DNA from: a bacterium | GTDB taxonomy: Bacteria > UBA8248 | Direction: 5' to 3' | DNA length: 64,000 nucleotides | NCBI GenBank assembly: GCA_965261085.1 | Contig: OZ253442.1 | Location: 1,600,001-1,664,000, forward strand | Shown: piece after piece, positions 59,171-64,000 of the stretch | How positions within the stretch are numbered: the first letter of the stretch is position 1 | Layout of the letters: every line of letters begins with the position of its first letter | Translations under genes and position numbers: made by a program | Notes under the pieces: generated by a model | Told to the model about the DNA's origin: nothing | The model's input: the letters and a program-made list of their open reading frames with translations, nothing else | Databases searched by the model: none

Positions 59171-59911
59171 GTGGCGACGAGTGAATCGCACGGCGGGGCG
59201 AACCTCCTGGAAGTGCGCGGCCTGGCGGGTGGTTATGACGACGTGCAGGTTCTGTGGGGCGTCGACCTGAGCGTGCGCGAAGGCGAGATTGTCGCCATCG
59301 TCGGCAGCAACGGCGTCGGAAAATCCACGTTCCTGCGAATGCTCTCGGGCGTGCTCCCTCATCGGGCGGGCACGGTAACGCTGGATGGCGAGCCCCTTGG
59401 AGGAATGTCGCCGGAGGGCATCGTCGCCAAGGGGATTTCCCATGTGCCCGAGGGCCGGAGGCTCTTCGCCGCGATGAGCGTGGAGGAGAATCTCTTGATG
59501 GGCGCCTATGCCCGGAAGATGGCCGATCAGGAATTGGCGGCGGATTTAGAGAGGGTGTACGGGTTTTTCCCGAGATTGGCGGAACGTAAATCCCAGCTTG
59601 CGGGAAGCATGTCCGGCGGCGAGCAACAGATGTGCGCGATTGCCCGGGGGTTGATGGCGCGTCCCAGACTCCTCTTGATCGATGAGCTTTCCCTGGGTCT
59701 TGCTCCCAGGCTGGTGGAGGAGTTGTGTGGTTTCGTCCAGCAGATAAACGAGGAGGGCGTCGCCATCATTCTCGTGGAACAGGATGTTCTTACCGCGTTC
59801 GAGCTCGCAGGCCGGGCCTATGTTTTCGAGACGGGGCGTGTAACGATTTCCGGTACGTCGGATGAACTGCTGGCGAATCCGCAGGTGAAAAAAGCATATC
59901 TGGGCATGTAG
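59171..59911 (+). CDS. ABC ATP-binding protein (LivF-like)
   Basis: GSNGVGKST, VPEGRR, MSGGEQQM, DELSLGLAP. Confidence 0.92.
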   Translation: MATSESHGGANLLEVRGLAGGYDDVQVLWGVDLSVREGEIVAIVGSNGVGKSTFLRMLSGVLPHRAGTVTLDGEPLGGMSPEGIVAKGISHVPEGRRLFAAMSVEENLLMGAYARKMADQELAADLERVYGFFPRLAERKSQLAGSMSGGEQQMCAIARGLMARPRLLLIDELSLGLAPRLVEELCGFVQQINEEGVAIILVEQDVLTAFELAGRAYVFETGRVTISGTSDELLANPQVKKAYLGM

Positions 59912-60008
59912 CCTGTTTTCATATACTCTGTCTGGAATCAGGTTATGTGAGAATTGTGGAGAAATCGAGAACGGAAGAGGTAGCGCTCACTTAATGAGGA
60001 GGCGAATC

Positions 60009-61217
60009 ATGAGATATCGGAGTTTGTTGTTTCTCATCGCAGTGGTTTTGTTTTTTGCTTTCGGCGTAACAGGACTTCAAGGCCTGGACGGCGCCCAGGC
60101 GGCGGAGGTCAAGTTCGGCGCCGCCTTGCCGCTCACGGGTCCGCTCGCCACGGAGGGGAAAAAGCAGCAGGCGGGTTATGAAATCTGGCGAGAGCGTGTG
60201 AACAAGGCGGGCGGCATCAACGTAGGCGGCAAGAAGATGAAAGTGAAAATCGTCTACTACGACTATGAGAGCAAGACGCCGACGGCCACCAAGCTCGCCG
60301 AACGACTCATCACCAAGGAAAAGGTGGACCTCCTTCTTGGCCCGTTTGGAAGCGGGGCGACGAAATCCGTCGCCGCGATTACCGAGCGTTATCAGGTTCC
60401 CCTCATCGCGCCCGTGGCGAGTTCCGAGCCGATTTTCGACCAGGGCTACAAATACCTCTTCGGTCTTTTAGCGCCGAATGCGTATTTGCCGAACAACTTC
60501 CTTACGCTCTTGAAAGAGCAAAAGCCGATGCCGAAGACCATAGCGTTCGTGACGCGCAACGACTTCTTCCCGCGCGCCGTCACGAGGATGGTCAGAGCAG
60601 CGGCGAAAAAGCAAGGTTTCACGGATGTTTACTACGCCGAATTCCCGAAAGATTCCAAGGACATGTCCACCTGGCTCACGATCGTGAAGGGCAAGAATCC
60701 CGACGTGCTCATGGTGGCCGGCTATCTTCCCGACACCCTTCTCGCCACCAAGCAGGCGAACGAGTTGGGAGTGAAGCCCAAAATCCTGTTCACCATGGTG
60801 GGTCCGGTTTATGCCCAGTTCACGGAATCTCTCGGAGGCACGGCCAACAACATCCTGACCGCCGCCTGGTGGGGCGAGGCGCTCGATTATAAGGGTGACT
60901 TCATCGGCACGGCGCGGGATTTTGGAAAAATCTGGCGTGACAAGTTCAAGCAGGAGCCGGACTACGTCGCCGCGGCATCGACCGCCGCGGGCATCGTCGC
61001 CCAGAAGGCCATCGAGACGGCGGGAACGCTGGATAAGAAGAAGGTTCGCGACGCGATTGCGAACATCAACTTGCAGACTTTCTTCGGCCCCGTGAAATTC
61101 GACAAGCGCAACATGAACGCGGCGAGCGCCATCGTTTTGTTCCAGGTGCAGGACGGAAAACGCAAAACGGTGGGACCGAAGAGTGTGGCGAACGCGAAGT
61201 TCAGATATCCGAGATAG
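60009..61217 (+). CDS. ABC substrate-binding protein (LivJ/K-like)
   Basis: Signal peptide, LPLTGP, VNKAGGI, LLGPFGS; GAGGAGG RBS. Confidence 0.9.
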   Translation: MRYRSLLFLIAVVLFFAFGVTGLQGLDGAQAAEVKFGAALPLTGPLATEGKKQQAGYEIWRERVNKAGGINVGGKKMKVKIVYYDYESKTPTATKLAERLITKEKVDLLLGPFGSGATKSVAAITERYQVPLIAPVASSEPIFDQGYKYLFGLLAPNAYLPNNFLTLLKEQKPMPKTIAFVTRNDFFPRAVTRMVRAAAKKQGFTDVYYAEFPKDSKDMSTWLTIVKGKNPDVLMVAGYLPDTLLATKQANELGVKPKILFTMVGPVYAQFTESLGGTANNILTAAWWGEALDYKGDFIGTARDFGKIWRDKFKQEPDYVAAASTAAGIVAQKAIETAGTLDKKKVRDAIANINLQTFFGPVKFDKRNMNAASAIVLFQVQDGKRKTVGPKSVANAKFRYPR

Positions 61218-61288
61218 TTTTCAGGCCGGGTTCAGGAGCGCCGCCGAGGTTGAGGCGGCGTTCTTGAACTTGGCGTTTGAGGGTTTTG

Positions 61289-62092
61289 ATGCCGACGATT
61301 CGTCAGTTGGCCGATGATGAGGTGCCCGAAGCGGCGCGCGAGCTCGTCGAGCGCATCAAGACGCGTGAAAAACGCGTTTTCGGCATCGATACGCTCTCGA
61401 ACGTCTGGCGCGCCATGACCCATCATCCCGAATACATGAAGGCGAGTTGGGAACGCTCGCGGGCCACGATGCAGCGCGGGGATGTGCCGCCTTTGGTGAA
61501 AGAGATGGTCGCCTCGGCGGTCTCCATCGTCAACGCGTGTGAATACTGAATCGACTCCCATATCGCCGCGGTCATGCGGATGGGGGTCGATGAGGTGGGG
61601 ATCACGGAATTGGTTGGGTTGACGGATCATGTCTCGGGGATGAACAAGGTCGCTTTCGGGCTACTATTGGAAGATGAGGACGCGAGTGCATCGCCCCTTC
61701 TGCCTTATGCGGAAGAAGAGGAATTCGATCCGGTTGTCCGGGAATTGATGAGTGAAGTGGCGGAGATGGAATCGGCGCGCCTGGGCAGAGATGGCGTTCC
61801 GCGCTATTGGCGTTGTTTGGCGCGAAACCGGCATTATTTCGAATCGACGTGGAACAAGCACAAACTCTTGCTCGATGGGGGCGTTCTCGAAAAACAGGCC
61901 AAGGCGGCGGTGGGTTTGGGGGTGAGCGCCACGAACGGATCCAAATATTTCATACGGTATTTTCACGCGAATTTGGTGAACATGGGCTGGGACCCGGGGC
62001 GGATCCTCGAGATTCTCGGGGTGGTGGACCATTACAACAGCTTTAACTCCCTGGCGACGGGGATGCAGATTGAATCCGACATCAGGCCATGA
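61289..62092 (+). CDS. AhpD/CMD-family tandem-domain selenoprotein (Sec at TGA 61547-61549), 267 aa
   Basis: ORFs 61277-61549 and 61574-62092 are in frame; read-through gives KEMVASAVSIVNAC-E-Y-U-IDSH, so the TGA replaces the second Cys of the AhpD CxxCxxxH motif. Confidence 0.8.
61550..61591 (+). promoter_or_regulatory. Putative bacterial SECIS element
   Basis: Lower stem ATCGACTCCCAT/ATGGGGGTCGAT, upper stem CCGC/GCGG, apical loop GGTCAT starting 20 nt after the UGA. Confidence 0.7.
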
Positions 62093-62163
62093 TTCGCGGG
62101 ATCTTTCGCATTAGCGCCGCATGAGCTTGGTGCTTGCCTAAATGGAAATTTTTGGGGCAGAGA

Positions 62164-63018
62164 ATGGAATTTTTACGCGCTACATCGGTGAATGAGGCGC
62201 TGGCGGCTGCGCGAGATGGCGCCGCTTTTGTGGCGGGCGGCACGAACCTGGTACCGGATGTTCTTTTCGGGCGAAAGCAAATTGCGCGCGCTGTGGATAT
62301 CAGCCGTCTTGATGAGCTCCGTTTTATCGAGGAGGAAGACGGGAAAATAAGAATCGGTGCGCTGGCGACGGTCACGGATTTGCTGGATTCTGAATTGATA
62401 CGCGTCGCCGCCCCGCCTTTGTATGAGAGCGCTCTTGAATTCGCAGGTCCCTTGGTGAGAAACCGCGCGAGCGTAGCGGGTAACCTGATGGATGCCTCGC
62501 CCGCCGCGGATTTGGCGCCACCTCTGTTGGCGCAAGATGGCGTCGTTGAATTGGCTTCGGTGGATGGTGAACGCTCCCTGCCGCTTTCCGAATTTTTCCT
62601 GGATTATCGAAAGACGGCTGTGCGACCAGAAGAACTCATGACGGCAATTGTGATTGAACCACTGCAGAGAGAAGATCGTTGCGCCTACTACAAACTCCAA
62701 CTCAGGCGTGCGATGGCGATAGCCGTTGTAAGTGTGGCGATCTCTCTTCGGATGAGAGGAAACGTTTGTGCGGAGGCCGCCATCGCTCTCGGAGCAGTGG
62801 CCGCGATCCCGTGCCGCGCGCACGACGCCGAGGCGCATCTGCGCGGCAAGGAAATCGGGGAGGCGGAAATCGAGGCGGCGGCGACAGCCGCAGCAGATAG
62901 CGCGCAACCCATTGACGACGTGCGGGCGGGTGCGGGGTATCGGAAAAAAATGTGCGGCGTGCTGGTTCGCCGCTTGTTGAAAAAGGCGTTGGGCATGTCC
63001 CAAGCCGTGGTCGTGTGA
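62164..63018 (+). CDS. XDH/CoxM-family FAD-binding subunit
   Basis: VAGGTNL, IGAL, VRNRASVAGN, ASPAAD, PIDDVRA. Confidence 0.92.
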   Translation: MEFLRATSVNEALAAARDGAAFVAGGTNLVPDVLFGRKQIARAVDISRLDELRFIEEEDGKIRIGALATVTDLLDSELIRVAAPPLYESALEFAGPLVRNRASVAGNLMDASPAADLAPPLLAQDGVVELASVDGERSLPLSEFFLDYRKTAVRPEELMTAIVIEPLQREDRCAYYKLQLRRAMAIAVVSVAISLRMRGNVCAEAAIALGAVAAIPCRAHDAEAHLRGKEIGEAEIEAAATAAADSAQPIDDVRAGAGYRKKMCGVLVRRLLKKALGMSQAVVV

Positions 63019-63034
63019 TGAAATCCTTTGGATT

Positions 63035-63532
63035 ATGGATGACGAGACGATGAGTGCGTATGAAATAAAATTGCAGGTGAACGGAAAGGATGAAACCCTC
63101 GCCGTAAAAGGGAATGAGACGCTCCTGCGCGCGCTCAGGCGGATTGGGTATGTGGAAGTCAAGCTCAGTTGCGAGGGCGGCGACTGTGGTGCGTGCGCTA
63201 TTTTACTTGATGGTGTGGCGGTGAACGCTTGCCTCATGTTCGCTGCTCAGGCGGATGGCTCCGAGATCACCACCGTACGCGGCATCGGAACCGAAAATGA
63301 CCTCCACCCGGTTCAGGAGCAGATTATCGAAAAAGGAGGTGTGCAGTGCGGTTTTTGCACACCCGGGATAGTTGTATCGGCAAAAGCGCTCCTGGATGAG
63401 AATCCCGCGCCTACGCGCGAGGATATACAGCGCGGTCTCGCTGGAAATCTTTGCCGATGCACGGGGTACAAAAAGATTTTCGAAGCCGTCGCGGCCGCTG
63501 CTCGGCAGATGAATGAGGGAGACGACTCATGA
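63035..63532 (+). CDS. XDH/CoxS-family 2Fe-2S subunit
   Basis: CEGGDCGAC, QCGFCTPG, GNLCRCTGY. Confidence 0.94.
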   Translation: MDDETMSAYEIKLQVNGKDETLAVKGNETLLRALRRIGYVEVKLSCEGGDCGACAILLDGVAVNACLMFAAQADGSEITTVRGIGTENDLHPVQEQIIEKGGVQCGFCTPGIVVSAKALLDENPAPTREDIQRGLAGNLCRCTGYKKIFEAVAAAARQMNEGDDS

Positions 63533-64000
63533 ACACGCGCGTCGTCGGCCGGCCTCATCCCATCATCGATGCCGTGGAGAAAGTCTCCGGCGCCACGATA
63601 TTCATCAATGATTTGGAGCTTCCGGGCGCTCTTGTCGGCATGGCCCTGCGAAGTCCTCATCCCCATGCGAAGATATTGTATCTCGATACCTCGGACGCGG
63701 AGCGCCTGCCGGGAGTCGCCGTCGTTCTTTCGAGGAACAATACGCCAAACGCACCTTTCGGCATCAATCACAAGGATGAAGCCGCGTTTTGCCGCGAGAA
63801 GGTGCGCTACGTGGGAGACGAAGTCGCCGCCGTTGCGGCCGTGGATGAGGAGGCGGCGCGCGAGGCGCTCTCGCTCATTCGCGTGGAATATGAGGTTTTG
63901 CCCACGGTCGCGGATCCTTTCGTGGCGCAAGCGCCGGATGCGCTTCTTGTCCATGATTCCGTTGCCGGCAACATCGCGAACGAGTTTCATATCAAGCGCG
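63529..64000 (+). CDS. XDH-family molybdopterin-binding subunit (runs off the window)
   Basis: ATG overlaps the previous stop; MNTRVVGRPHP..DAVEKVSG...LRSPHPHA...KVRYVGDEVAAVAA. Confidence 0.88.
   Translation, partial: MNTRVVGRPHPIIDAVEKVSGATIFINDLELPGALVGMALRSPHPHAKILYLDTSDAERLPGVAVVLSRNNTPNAPFGINHKDEAAFCREKVRYVGDEVAAVAAVDEEAAREALSLIRVEYEVLPTVADPFVAQAPDALLVHDSVAGNIANEFHIKR

Overview
This is GC-rich bacterial chromosomal DNA. The taxon cannot be fixed from sequence alone; the many R-M systems, LLM/XDH-family enzymes and PPC-like T1SS substrate repeat suggest a host-associated marine bacterium (inference only). Layout: (1) 1-19.2 kb holds three restriction-modification loci (SacI-like REase plus Dam-like MTase, a fused Type IIG enzyme, a helicase-less Type ISP/IIL-like enzyme) mixed with metabolic genes, a probable sigma54-driven sRNA, REP-like palindromes, a MITE and a pair of ~500-bp inverted repeats. 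(2) 19.6-28 kb holds an IS1182 copy, a decaying type I secretion locus and an EstA-type autotransporter. (3) 28-38 kb holds housekeeping and unknown genes, a frameshifted rmuC, tRNA-Ala(GGC) and a 729-bp AT-rich transposase-less cassette with 28-bp TIRs. (4) 38-64 kb holds two catabolic clusters (TRAP/TAXI + UbiD + cyclase + LLMs; and LysR with UbiD, CoA-transferase, M20 deacylase, LLM, CysK-like enzyme, Liv-type ABC transporter, AhpD-like selenoprotein and XDH-family subunits), separated by a second IS1182 copy. Best leads: a shared, oriented 27-bp pseudo-palindromic target used by both IS1182 copies and a MITE and carried as empty copies by a separate palindromic repeat; a CxxU AhpD-like selenoprotein with a SECIS-like hairpin that the ORF track splits in two; and an unannotated sigma54-dependent three-stem-loop sRNA.
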